DNA from: Candidatus Binatota bacterium
GTDB lineage: Bacteria > Desulfobacterota > Binatia > UBA1149 > CAITLU01
Length of the DNA stretch: 64,000 nucleotides
NCBI GenBank assembly: GCA_024276575.1
Contig: JAJRWY010000312.1
Span: forward strand, 1,161-65,160
Direction of reading: 5' to 3'
Of this stretch, positions 33,892 to 41,641 are shown piece after piece. How positions within the stretch are numbered: the first letter of the stretch is position 1; each line of letters starts with the position of its first letter. Made by a program: the position numbers and the translations under genes. Under the pieces are notes generated by a model. It was not told the DNA's origin, ran no database searches, and saw only the letters and a program-made list of their open reading frames with translations.

Positions 33892-35184
33892 TCACGAACC
33901 GGTGGCCGGAGAAGCAATCGTGGAAGCCTGATCGCCGCCGGCTGTCTTGCCGGCTTCAAGACGCTCGTAAAGACGGTCGAATTCGTCGAGACGTGCTGCG
34001 ATATCGTGGGTGACCGGAACCGAATCACGAACCGCCTCGAGGGTCTTGTAGCCGTTGCCGGTAATAGAGATGACGATCGACTCATCTCGGGGTATGCGGC
34101 CTTGCTCTATGAGTTTCTTGGTAACCGCCACCGTGGTGCCCCCGGCCGGCTCGGTAAACACACCTTCCGTACGCGCCAGTAGTTTGATTGCTTCCACTAT
34201 TTCTTCGTCGCTAGCTGATTCACCCCATCCTCCGGAATCCCTGACCGCTCCGAGAACGTAATAGCCGTCGGCCGGGTTGCCGATCGCGATCGACTTGGCG
34301 ATGGTATGAGGCTTTACCGGTTCGATAAGGTCGGTTCCCCGGTGAAGGGCGTTGACGACCGGAGCGCAACCGGCGGCTTGCGCGGAGTATATCTTGAATC
34401 CGCTCTGCTCGACCAAGCCTACCCGCTGCAGCTCTTCAAAGGACTTGGCGACTTTGGGCAAGATGGTGCCGCCGGCGGTAGGAACGACGATGTGTTGGGG
34501 GAGCTTCCAGCCGAGTTGTTCGGCCACTTCGAATCCGTAAGTTTTGGCTCCTTCGGTGTAAAAAGGCCGCAGGTTGATGTTTGCGAAAGCCCAGCCGTAC
34601 TTGTCCGCGATCTCGGTGCACAGGCGGTTAACGTCGTCATAATTGCCGGAGATCGCGACCGGGACCGGGTTGTATATGGCCGATCCCACCACCTTGCCTT
34701 GTTCGAGGTTGTCGGGGATGAAGATGAAGCACCGCAGGCCGGCGCGTGCTGCATGGGCGGAAACGGAATTGGCTAGGTTGCCGGTAGAGGCGCATGCGAC
34801 GGTTTCGAAGCCGAACTCGACCGCTTTGGTCAGCGCGACCGAGACTACGCGGTCCTTGTAGGAGAAGGTCGGGTGGTTGACCGAATCGTCTTTTACGTAG
34901 AGTTCCGAGACGCCGAGCACTTCTGCCAAGCGATCGGCTTTGAGCAAGGGAGTAAAACCTGAATACAGGCCGATACGCGGCTCGGACTCCACCGGAAGCA
35001 ACTCGCGATATCTCCACAGGTTGGGTGGCCTCGCTTCAATGGTCTTGCGATCGACCGCAGCCGATATCTTGTCATAGTCGTATTCTACTTCGAGGGGGCC
35101 AAAGCAGTATTCACAGACGTGGTAGGGCTTGAGTTCGTAAGCCTCGCCACATTCACGGCACTTGAGGCCTTTTACAAAAGACAT
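33892..35184 (-). CDS. Threonine synthase-family PLP enzyme with N-terminal zinc ribbon (candidate carrier-dependent homocysteine synthase, MetM-like)
   Basis: ATG 35184 is preceded by AAGGAGA. Zn ribbon CRECG...CEYC, PLP lysine in HPTFSYKDR, and CASTGN. The functional split between ThrC and MetM cannot be decided from sequence here. Confidence 0.85.
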   Translation of the reverse strand: MSFVKGLKCRECGEAYELKPYHVCEYCFGPLEVEYDYDKISAAVDRKTIEARPPNLWRYRELLPVESEPRIGLYSGFTPLLKADRLAEVLGVSELYVKDDSVNHPTFSYKDRVVSVALTKAVEFGFETVACASTGNLANSVSAHAARAGLRCFIFIPDNLEQGKVVGSAIYNPVPVAISGNYDDVNRLCTEIADKYGWAFANINLRPFYTEGAKTYGFEVAEQLGWKLPQHIVVPTAGGTILPKVAKSFEELQRVGLVEQSGFKIYSAQAAGCAPVVNALHRGTDLIEPVKPHTIAKSIAIGNPADGYYVLGAVRDSGGWGESASDEEIVEAIKLLARTEGVFTEPAGGTTVAVTKKLIEQGRIPRDESIVISITGNGYKTLEAVRDSVPVTHDIAARLDEFDRLYERLEAGKTAGGDQASTIASPATGS

Positions 35185-35198
35185 GGTAGTTATCTCCT

Positions 35199-35957
35199 TC
35201 AGCGGTCGATGCCGGGCGCTGCAGCGGCGGGCTCGTAACCGCGGGGTCGTGAACGGGTTTCCCCCGAGCGGGAGCATCGCGGGCAAGCGGGATCCCTGGG
35301 GAAATATACATGGCGCCAACGGCACCCTGACAATTCATAGATATTCATGCGGCCGGGACACAGGCTTTTGTCTCCACCAAGGTAACGAAGCGCGTCTTGC
35401 GCTTGTGCGGTTCCCACCAAGCCGGCCACTGGTGCGAGAATGCCCATAGCTGAACAGCCGCCGTCGGCTTCCTGCGGGTGGTCGTCGGGGAAAGCGCATG
35501 CGAGGCAGGCCGACACGCCCGGCACCACGGTCATCCATTGGCCGGTGGTTCTGATCACACCGCCGTAACAGAAAGCGGTGCCGGTCGAGACTGCAACGGC
35601 GTTTATCATGAATTTCGTGGCCGGGTCGTCACAAGCGTCGATCACGAAATCATGAGAGGAAACGAGGCTCTCGGCGTTGCCGGTGTTCAACGTATCTTCG
35701 ATGGGACGAATTTCAGTGGTAACAGGGCCGCCGGCGGATGCGGCTAGAGCCTTACGCGCGGCCTCGGCCTTGGGTGCTCCGACGTCGCTGTCGCCGAACA
35801 AGACCTGCCGCTGCAGGTTCGAAAGCTCGATGCGGTCGGGGTCGATAATCGTGAGTTTGGCAACTCCGGCGCCCACGAGCATGCGCGCGGCAGCGCAACC
35901 GAGGGCGCCGACGCCCACCAACAGAACCGAATCTTTTGTTTGCTGCTGCAAGTACAA
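35199..35957 (-). CDS. ThiF/MoeB-type adenylyltransferase (E1-like sulfur-carrier activating enzyme)
   Basis: VLLVGVGALGCAAARML, IIDPDRIELSNLQRQVLF, IDACDD, and zinc cysteines CLAC...CPRC. The N-terminus is very short (only 15 aa before the glycine loop) and the start is TTG. Confidence 0.85.
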   Translation of the reverse strand: MYLQQQTKDSVLLVGVGALGCAAARMLVGAGVAKLTIIDPDRIELSNLQRQVLFGDSDVGAPKAEAARKALAASAGGPVTTEIRPIEDTLNTGNAESLVSSHDFVIDACDDPATKFMINAVAVSTGTAFCYGGVIRTTGQWMTVVPGVSACLACAFPDDHPQEADGGCSAMGILAPVAGLVGTAQAQDALRYLGGDKSLCPGRMNIYELSGCRWRHVYFPRDPACPRCSRSGETRSRPRGYEPAAAAPGIDR

Positions 35958-35990
35958 AAAAACCTCTTCCAGGCGGGATAAGGAAGAGGT
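35956..35990 (-). terminator. Intrinsic terminator forming the riboswitch expression platform
   Basis: Minus strand: ACCTCTTCC - 11-nt loop - GGAAGAGGT, a perfect 9-bp stem followed by a run of T (7 consecutive T counting the last stem base). The 5' arm region CCTCTTCCTTAT can alternatively pair with the 3' P1 strand ATAAGGAGAGG as an antiterminator. Confidence 0.8.
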
Positions 35991-36013
35991 ACTGGGTCGC
36001 GGCGACAGGCCTC

Positions 36014-36164
36014 TCCTTATCTTTCACCCTCTTTGCATTTGCGTGAACTCGATTACGCGCTCACCGCAACGCTAAGGTGCGGGACTTAGCACCTGCCGCC
36101 CGCTTGCGCAGGCCGGTTGCTGTGGCTTCACAGGGCCCATTCCCTCCGCCACTCTGAATAAGGA
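36014..36164 (-). promoter_or_regulatory. SAM-I (S-box) riboswitch aptamer
   Basis: Minus strand: P1 TCCTTAT...ATAAGGA. The conserved core reads TTCAGAGTGGCGGAGGGAATGGGCCCTGTGAAGCCACAGCAACC, then GGTGCTAAGTCC, then GAAAGATAAGGA. It closely matches the S-box consensus (CTTATCAAGAG.GGTGGAGGGACTGGCCC.ATGAA.CC.GCAACC ... GGTGC.AATTCC ... AGATAAG). Confidence 0.9.
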
Positions 36165-36170
36165 ACGGAA

Positions 36171-36199
36171 AGGGTAGCGGCACTAGGCCTCACTGTCAA
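36171..36199 (-). promoter_or_regulatory. Sigma70-type promoter for the riboswitch operon
   Basis: Minus strand: TTGACA, a 17-nt spacer, then TACCCT. It ends 6 nt before the first P1 base of the riboswitch. Confidence 0.6.
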
Positions 36200-36332
36200 A
36201 AGCTTTCGCTGCGGTGCAGCATGAACGGCGCAAGTCTGGCGGCGGACGCGGGTTCCATCTGACGATGTTTCTACATACTGTTGCCGTGCGTGGGTGTGAA
36301 TCGTCGGCAGTCCCGGTGTAGTAGAGCCGGAT

Positions 36333-37067
36333 ATGTCGCGTCGTGTAGAGTTACAGGGGCTTCGCAATTTTCGAGATCTGGGTGGGTTTAACACCCACGA
36401 CGGGCGCCGTACGGCTACCGGGCGCTTGTTTCGCTCCGACGGCTTGCACCGTGTCAGCGCCGCCGACCTTCGCTTACTCGAAGCGATGTCGATACGCAGG
36501 GTCTACGACCTGCGTAGCCAGATCGAGTTGGATAATGACGGAGTCGGGCCGTTTGCAGGGGCCGCCGGACGGCACCGGCATATGCCTCTTATCAAGGTCA
36601 GTTTGAACCCTTACGATCCCGATCTCGATTGGAAAACGATGGACTTGCGCAACCGCTACTACGAAATGCTGTGCGAAGGCGCTGCAACTATAGCCGCCAT
36701 ACTCGGTGAACTGTCGGTGGCCGGTTGCGAGCCTGCGGTTTTTCACTGCAGTGGGGGCAAGGATCGCACGGGAGTGCTCGCTGCGGTTATTCTGCGGAGT
36801 TTAGGGGTAGCCGATGATGATATCGTAGCCGACTATGCTCTGTCGGAACGCTATCTCTCGCCGGTGGTCGAGCGCTACCGGGAGGCTATGGAGGCCGGAG
36901 GTATAGACGAAGAGACGGTTTCGTATCTTATCTCGAGTCCGCCCGAGCGAATGATTCATACCCTGAACAAGATGGACGAGTGTTGGGGCGGGATCCGCGG
37001 TTACTTGGATGCGATTGGGGTGAGCGAACGACAGGTCCGCGGTCTCGAGCGCAATCTGTTGATATGA
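36333..37067 (+). CDS. Protein tyrosine/serine phosphatase (Y_phosphatase3-like)
   Basis: NFRDLGG N-terminal motif and CX5R active site HCSGGKDRTG. Confidence 0.8.
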   Translation: MSRRVELQGLRNFRDLGGFNTHDGRRTATGRLFRSDGLHRVSAADLRLLEAMSIRRVYDLRSQIELDNDGVGPFAGAAGRHRHMPLIKVSLNPYDPDLDWKTMDLRNRYYEMLCEGAATIAAILGELSVAGCEPAVFHCSGGKDRTGVLAAVILRSLGVADDDIVADYALSERYLSPVVERYREAMEAGGIDEETVSYLISSPPERMIHTLNKMDECWGGIRGYLDAIGVSERQVRGLERNLLI

Positions 37068-37245
37068 TGTTGATCTGAACCGGCTCGAACTGCCGGTCGC
37101 GGGGACTCTGGCCCGGCTCCAGAAGGGCGGGGAGTCGTTGCAACCGCCCCCCTTCTGCACTGTCCATGTCGACTCGACTCAGCCAGCGCCTCCCGGCACT
37201 TTCGACGGGGCCTCGGGCCTTCAGTGACTGGCTGCGCCGCAGGGG

Positions 37246-37947
37246 CTATAGCGATCCGCTTGGTCCCGAGTCCTCTTGCACCGCAAGAGGACTCGCACTC
37301 CCGCGCAATTCAGCGAGCTTGCGCTGTGCCTCGAGCGCGCTCTCGCTGTCCGGGTAGGTGTCGAGAACATACGAGTAGCGCGCCATCGCCGCTTCCTTGC
37401 GGTCGTGTTCCAGATAATAGTCGCCGACGTAGAGCTCATGCCTAGCGAGATGCTCGATGCTCTGCCGTAGCCGGAAGCTGGCTAGTGTAGAGTAGATGGA
37501 ATCGGGATACCTTTGCAGCAGGCGCTCGAACTGTCGTTTGGCCTGGGCAGAAGCCGAAGTGTCACGGTCTCCGTCAAGCGCCCGGTCGAGGTGGCACATT
37601 CCCACAGTGTATTCCACGAAAGGAAGGCGGTCGCTGACCGGGTAGAGCCTCTCGAAGTCGTTGAAAGCCGCGATGGCCTTCTCGTATTGGGCGGTTAGGT
37701 AGTAAGCCTGCGCGATCTTGATGCTGGCGCTCTCAGCGTATTCAGAGAAGGGGAACTGCTCGAGCAACTCTTCATAGTTACCGATGGCTTGAATGTAATT
37801 GCGGTGTTCGAAATAACGCGAAGCTTCGTCTTCCAGCTCGTCCTCGGTGAGTGGGGCGGGCGCCCCGCAAGCCGAGATCAGTATAAGGGTGGAGACTATG
37901 AGCAGGGCGCTTCGGTAGCGCCGCAATATGTGCTTAGGGCCGTTCAT
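37246..37947 (-). CDS. bamD: Outer membrane protein assembly factor BamD (YfiO family lipoprotein)
   Basis: Start ATG 37947 with lipoprotein signal LIVSTLILISAC, followed by TPR-like repeats (YFEHRNYIQAIGNYEELLEQFPFSEYAESA, IAQAYYLTAQYEKAIAAFNDFERLYP). The ORF-track N-terminal extension was rejected. Confidence 0.75.
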   Translation of the reverse strand: MNGPKHILRRYRSALLIVSTLILISACGAPAPLTEDELEDEASRYFEHRNYIQAIGNYEELLEQFPFSEYAESASIKIAQAYYLTAQYEKAIAAFNDFERLYPVSDRLPFVEYTVGMCHLDRALDGDRDTSASAQAKRQFERLLQRYPDSIYSTLASFRLRQSIEHLARHELYVGDYYLEHDRKEAAMARYSYVLDTYPDSESALEAQRKLAELRGSASPLAVQEDSGPSGSL

Positions 37948-37984
37948 ACTTGTGTAAAGCTTAGCGATGTTACGCTGCCCGGTC

Positions 37985-38014
37985 CACAGCAACCGTGGGC
38001 ACAGCAACCGTGGG
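37985..38014. repeat. Perfect 2 x 15-nt tandem direct repeat in the divergent bamD / arsA-like intergenic region
   Basis: CACAGCAACCGTGGG occurs at 37985-37999 and again at 38000-38014. With the preceding C, each unit contains the inverted half-sites CCAC-N7-GTGG (GCAC-N7-GTGG in the second copy). Confidence 0.9.
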
Positions 38015-38229
38015 CAAGAGTCCGCGGGCTGGTGTCCGGCGCTTCTTCGAGACGGTGTCTCCGGCAGGATCGGTGGCGGCCTGTTCGGCAGTGTATCGTT
38101 GCATGGTCCACAAGACAGCAAGGGGACGCCGGCAAGCCTGCAACCGGCAAGGCAAGCCTGCACACAGTGCGCTGGCCTGCATCCCGGTTGACCCGCGAAT
38201 GGGCAAGAAGTAAGGCCGGGAGTGTTTTG

Positions 38230-39198
38230 ATGAGCAAACGGCTGCAGTTCGTCGTCGGTAAGGGGGGAGTGGGCAAATCTACAGTGGCGGCCGCACTTGC
38301 CGTCGCTGCCGCCGGCCCTAACGAGCGGGTCTTACTACTGGAGTTGGGCGCGCCTGGAGGAGCCGCGCGATTGTTGTCTCCGGGTAAGCCCGGCCGGGGC
38401 CCGGTCGAAGTCCTCGACGGGCTCTATCTGGACTGCGTGGAAGGCGATGCTGCGCTGGCGGAGTACCTGGAGTTGGTCGTTCCCATACGCCGTCTTCTGC
38501 GTTTGGTTTTCGAGAGTAATCTTTACCGTAGTTTCGTCGCGGCAGCGCCAGGTCTCAAAGAGCTGATGACGATGGGAAAGATCTGGTTCGAAGCCGAGAG
38601 ACGCGATGCCGCCGGCAAGCCGCTATGGGATTGTATAGTGGTCGATGCCGGGGCATCCGGGCACAGTCTGAAGTACTTACAGATGCCGGCTACTGCCGCG
38701 GCGACCTTCAAATCGGGTTTGGTACATCGAGAGTCTCAACGCGTGGAAGCGCTACTCGAGGATCCATCGCTCTCGGTGGTGCACGTGGTCGCGTCTCCCG
38801 AAGACATGCCGCTGTTTGAAGCTGCCGAGATCGTCGAGAAACTCAACGGCCCTTTGTCGATGCCGTTCGGAAAGTTGTTCGTCAACCGTTGCCGGGAGCG
38901 ACCGCCTGAAGGCGCCGGTACGGCTGTCGACAGCTTGCGGCGGTTTACCCCACTTCCCGAGCAGCGGGCCTTGCGTGACGCTGTCGTCGATGCCGCGGCA
39001 TCCTGCCTGGGCTGGTACCGGGTGCAAGAGCGCGGTATCGCGGCGGTCGAGGACCGCCTAGGTCTGCGGGTCTGCAGGCTTCCCTTGCAGCAGAGCGAAG
39101 AATTCGGCTTAGCCGAGTTACGCCTGCTGGCTTCACTGGTCAAGGACGCGGTGCAGGACCCCGGGGGCACTAGCGACTCCCGCGACGAGGTTTCATGA
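38230..39198 (+). CDS. ArsA/Get3-like P-loop ATPase, divergent member
   Basis: ATG 38230 gives MSKRLQFVVGKGGVGKSTVAAALA (deviant Walker A). The DTAPTGH-equivalent is degenerate (VVDAGASGHSL). The ORF-track start at 37789 was rejected. Confidence 0.75.
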   Translation: MSKRLQFVVGKGGVGKSTVAAALAVAAAGPNERVLLLELGAPGGAARLLSPGKPGRGPVEVLDGLYLDCVEGDAALAEYLELVVPIRRLLRLVFESNLYRSFVAAAPGLKELMTMGKIWFEAERRDAAGKPLWDCIVVDAGASGHSLKYLQMPATAAATFKSGLVHRESQRVEALLEDPSLSVVHVVASPEDMPLFEAAEIVEKLNGPLSMPFGKLFVNRCRERPPEGAGTAVDSLRRFTPLPEQRALRDAVVDAAASCLGWYRVQERGIAAVEDRLGLRVCRLPLQQSEEFGLAELRLLASLVKDAVQDPGGTSDSRDEVS

Positions 39199-39299
39199 AT
39201 AATGCGGGATAAGGAACATCCCCGCGATGCTATGACCGAGCATGACATTGTCGGGGCGGTAGAAGAACCGGCTGCAGGTGTATTGGAGGACTCTAGCGA

Positions 39300-40436
39300 G
39301 TGAGCTTGGCGCAACTACTTGATGGCCACCGGGTGGTTGTTTGTGTGGGAACCGGCGGCGTGGGCAAGACCACAGTTTCGGCGTCGCTCGCACTGCACGC
39401 AGCGATGCAAGGCCGCCGCGCGATGGTTCTGACCATCGATCCAGCCCAGCGCCTGGCACAATCGCTGGGTTTGGACACCCTGCGGTCGGGCGGAGAAGTG
39501 ATCCCCGAACGGCTCGTGCACGAAGCTGGACTCGAACTGCCGGGCGAGCTGAGCGCGGGAATGCTGGACCAGAAAAGCGCCTGGGATGATTTCATAGGAC
39601 GTCATGCTCCCAACTCCGAGATTCGCAATGCCATTTTGGACAACGACTTCTATTTGCACTTGTCGCAATCGTTTGCGGGATCGGTGGAATACATGGCTAT
39701 CGAGGAGCTTTGCCGGGTCGAGGAGTCGAACGATTATGATCTCATCGTGCTCGACACCCCCCCTACGGGCCATGCCCTGGACTTCCTAGAAGCTCCGGCG
39801 CGGCTCGAGGCTTTTCTGGACCGCAATGTGGTCAGTTGGTTGGTCAAGCCCTATGTGTCCGTGGGCTGGTCTGCGTGGAAAGGCGGGAGCAGGACAGTGC
39901 AGTTTCTATTGCAAAAGATAGAAGATGCTACGGGGCTACAGACCCTTTCCGACGTATCCAAATTTTTCATTGCCATGGAAGAGTTGTTCGACGGCATCGC
40001 CGATCGAAGCCGCAAGGTGAGGGCCCTGTTGCGAGGAGATTCTACCGCCTTCGTGCTCGTCGCCGCTTGCGAGGAGCAGGTCCTCGGGGAAGCGGAGGAT
40101 CTGACCGCTAAGATGGAGAAGCTCGGAGTCAGCTTGAAAGCGGTAGTTATGAACCGCGTGCATCTGTCGCCGGCCGTAGACGCCGAGGTCTCAGCCGATG
40201 CTGTGTCTGATTTGCTGGAGCGGGCATCTGTGGCCGGAGCGGACCCCGCGTTAGCCGGTTGGTTGCGGCAAACTTTCTCGAACGCATACCGTACGGCGCT
40301 TGCCGAAGCAGTCAGACGCGAGGCTTTCGAAGCTGAATTGCCTAGCGGTGTCGTCAGCGCAGCGATTCCCGAAATGCCGCACGACGTGCATGATCTTCGA
40401 GCTCTTGCTGTGATCGCCTCTTATTTGTCGGCGTGA
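39300..40436 (+). CDS. ArsA/Get3-like P-loop ATPase
   Basis: VVVCVGTGGVGKTTVSASLA, TIDPAQRLAQSLG, and the signature LDTPPTGHALDFL. Confidence 0.8.
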   Translation: MSLAQLLDGHRVVVCVGTGGVGKTTVSASLALHAAMQGRRAMVLTIDPAQRLAQSLGLDTLRSGGEVIPERLVHEAGLELPGELSAGMLDQKSAWDDFIGRHAPNSEIRNAILDNDFYLHLSQSFAGSVEYMAIEELCRVEESNDYDLIVLDTPPTGHALDFLEAPARLEAFLDRNVVSWLVKPYVSVGWSAWKGGSRTVQFLLQKIEDATGLQTLSDVSKFFIAMEELFDGIADRSRKVRALLRGDSTAFVLVAACEEQVLGEAEDLTAKMEKLGVSLKAVVMNRVHLSPAVDAEVSADAVSDLLERASVAGADPALAGWLRQTFSNAYRTALAEAVRREAFEAELPSGVVSAAIPEMPHDVHDLRALAVIASYLSA

Positions 40437-41641
40437 GTTCCGGATTCTTCCGCCGCTGCGAGATCGACGCCGAGGGATGCCGAAAGAGCCTTGCGGTAGC
40501 ATTGCTCGGCCAGCCGGTCTTGGGAACGCAAACGGTGCAGTTCTCCCTCCAGAGCAAGCTTCAAGGGCGGGTTGAACCCCGGGTCGACTTCGCTTAGGAG
40601 CCGCTCGGCATCTTCCAATCGTCCGTCTTTCAAAGCGTAACCAGCGATGTGGAGTTTGAGGGCTTGGTCTTCGGGGCGGGAGGCTAGAAGCTTGCGATGA
40701 ACTTTCAACAAGCGGCTACGCCGGCCGCTGTCCGCGAGCTGTTGCTCCAACTCTTCGAGTATTCCCAGATGTGCGACCGTTTTTAGGCCTTTCTCCAGGA
40801 CCCGCAATGCGGCACGCCGCGCGCCTCGTTCAGACAGCAGCTTGGCACGAAGGATGATCGCCGGGGCGAAGCCGGGAGCAGATGATATTATGGATTTCAG
40901 CGCGGCTTCCCGCCGCTCGCTTTCCATGTGTTTGGCTACAGAGAACCGGTAGCGTATCAGCCTGTGTTTTTCGTCTTCGTCGTCCGGCTTTAGAGCGGTC
41001 AGACGGTACTGGATCTCCTCGAGTCGTTGCCAGGATCCCGCCGCTTCGAGGACGTCACGCAGTAAAGTTATCAAGGCCGCACTGGCGGGGTAGGTGGCCA
41101 GCGCCCGTTCCAGAGCCACTGCGGCAGCCGCGTAATCGCCTAGGGCATAGCAGACTTCGCCGATAGCGTGCAGCAGAAGGGGATCGTTGCCGAAGTCATC
41201 GATGCCGTTCTCCAACACCTTGCGGGCCTCTTTCAGCGCGCCCTCGCGGCGGTAGCTCTCCGCGTATTCGAGCAGGTCGAGAAGCGTCGACTCGCTTCTC
41301 TTGGTGGCACGGGTGAGCAGAGTGCGTGCACGCAGGTGCTGGCCGGCCAGAGCGAGAGATCGCGATTCGGTCTTCAAGCGGCAGTTTCGCTCGGCGTGGC
41401 GGCGCTCACGATTCATCGACCAGCGCCGTAGCGCCCAGCGGCCTTCTCTGAGCAGGAGCAGCAAGAATACCAGTGCAGCGCCGAGCATGGTGCTGGCTAT
41501 GATGATGGCCCCGAGAGAGAGTTCGTAACGGAAGGCCGGCGGCAGCTTGACTACCGAGGGTTGCGGGTTGAGGTAGACCAAGCTCGCGACGGCGGCGATC
41601 AGGGCGACGATCAGTAGGAAGGTGGCTGTGCGGCGGATCAT
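40421..41641 (-). CDS. Membrane-anchored TPR protein with LapA/DUF1049-like N-terminal two-TM domain
   Basis: N-terminus TATFLLIVALIAAVASLVYLN...LSLGAIIIASTMLGAALVFLLLLL followed by TPR-like helical repeats. There is no C-terminal Cys-rich (rubredoxin-like) module. 4-nt overlap with rsfS. Confidence 0.6.
   Translation of the reverse strand: MIRRTATFLLIVALIAAVASLVYLNPQPSVVKLPPAFRYELSLGAIIIASTMLGAALVFLLLLLREGRWALRRWSMNRERRHAERNCRLKTESRSLALAGQHLRARTLLTRATKRSESTLLDLLEYAESYRREGALKEARKVLENGIDDFGNDPLLLHAIGEVCYALGDYAAAAVALERALATYPASAALITLLRDVLEAAGSWQRLEEIQYRLTALKPDDEDEKHRLIRYRFSVAKHMESERREAALKSIISSAPGFAPAIILRAKLLSERGARRAALRVLEKGLKTVAHLGILEELEQQLADSGRRSRLLKVHRKLLASRPEDQALKLHIAGYALKDGRLEDAERLLSEVDPGFNPPLKLALEGELHRLRSQDRLAEQCYRKALSASLGVDLAAAEESGTHADK

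Noticed and set aside
37120-37157. GC-rich imperfect hairpin between the convergent phosphatase and bamD genes
   Set aside because: The stem has a bulge and no U-tract follows on either strand. At best it is a factor-dependent terminator.
37789-38229. 147-codon N-terminal extension of the first ArsA-like ORF
   Set aside because: It overlaps the bamD 5' end and the intergenic repeat region. The ATG at 38230 gives the standard ArsA N-terminus immediately before the P-loop.
39232-39303. 23-codon acidic mini-ORF (MTEHDIVGAVEEPAAGVLEDSSE) whose TGA overlaps the GTG start of the second ArsA-like gene
   Set aside because: It could be a coupling uORF, but it has no clear SD and no way to test conservation here. 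It is too short to support.
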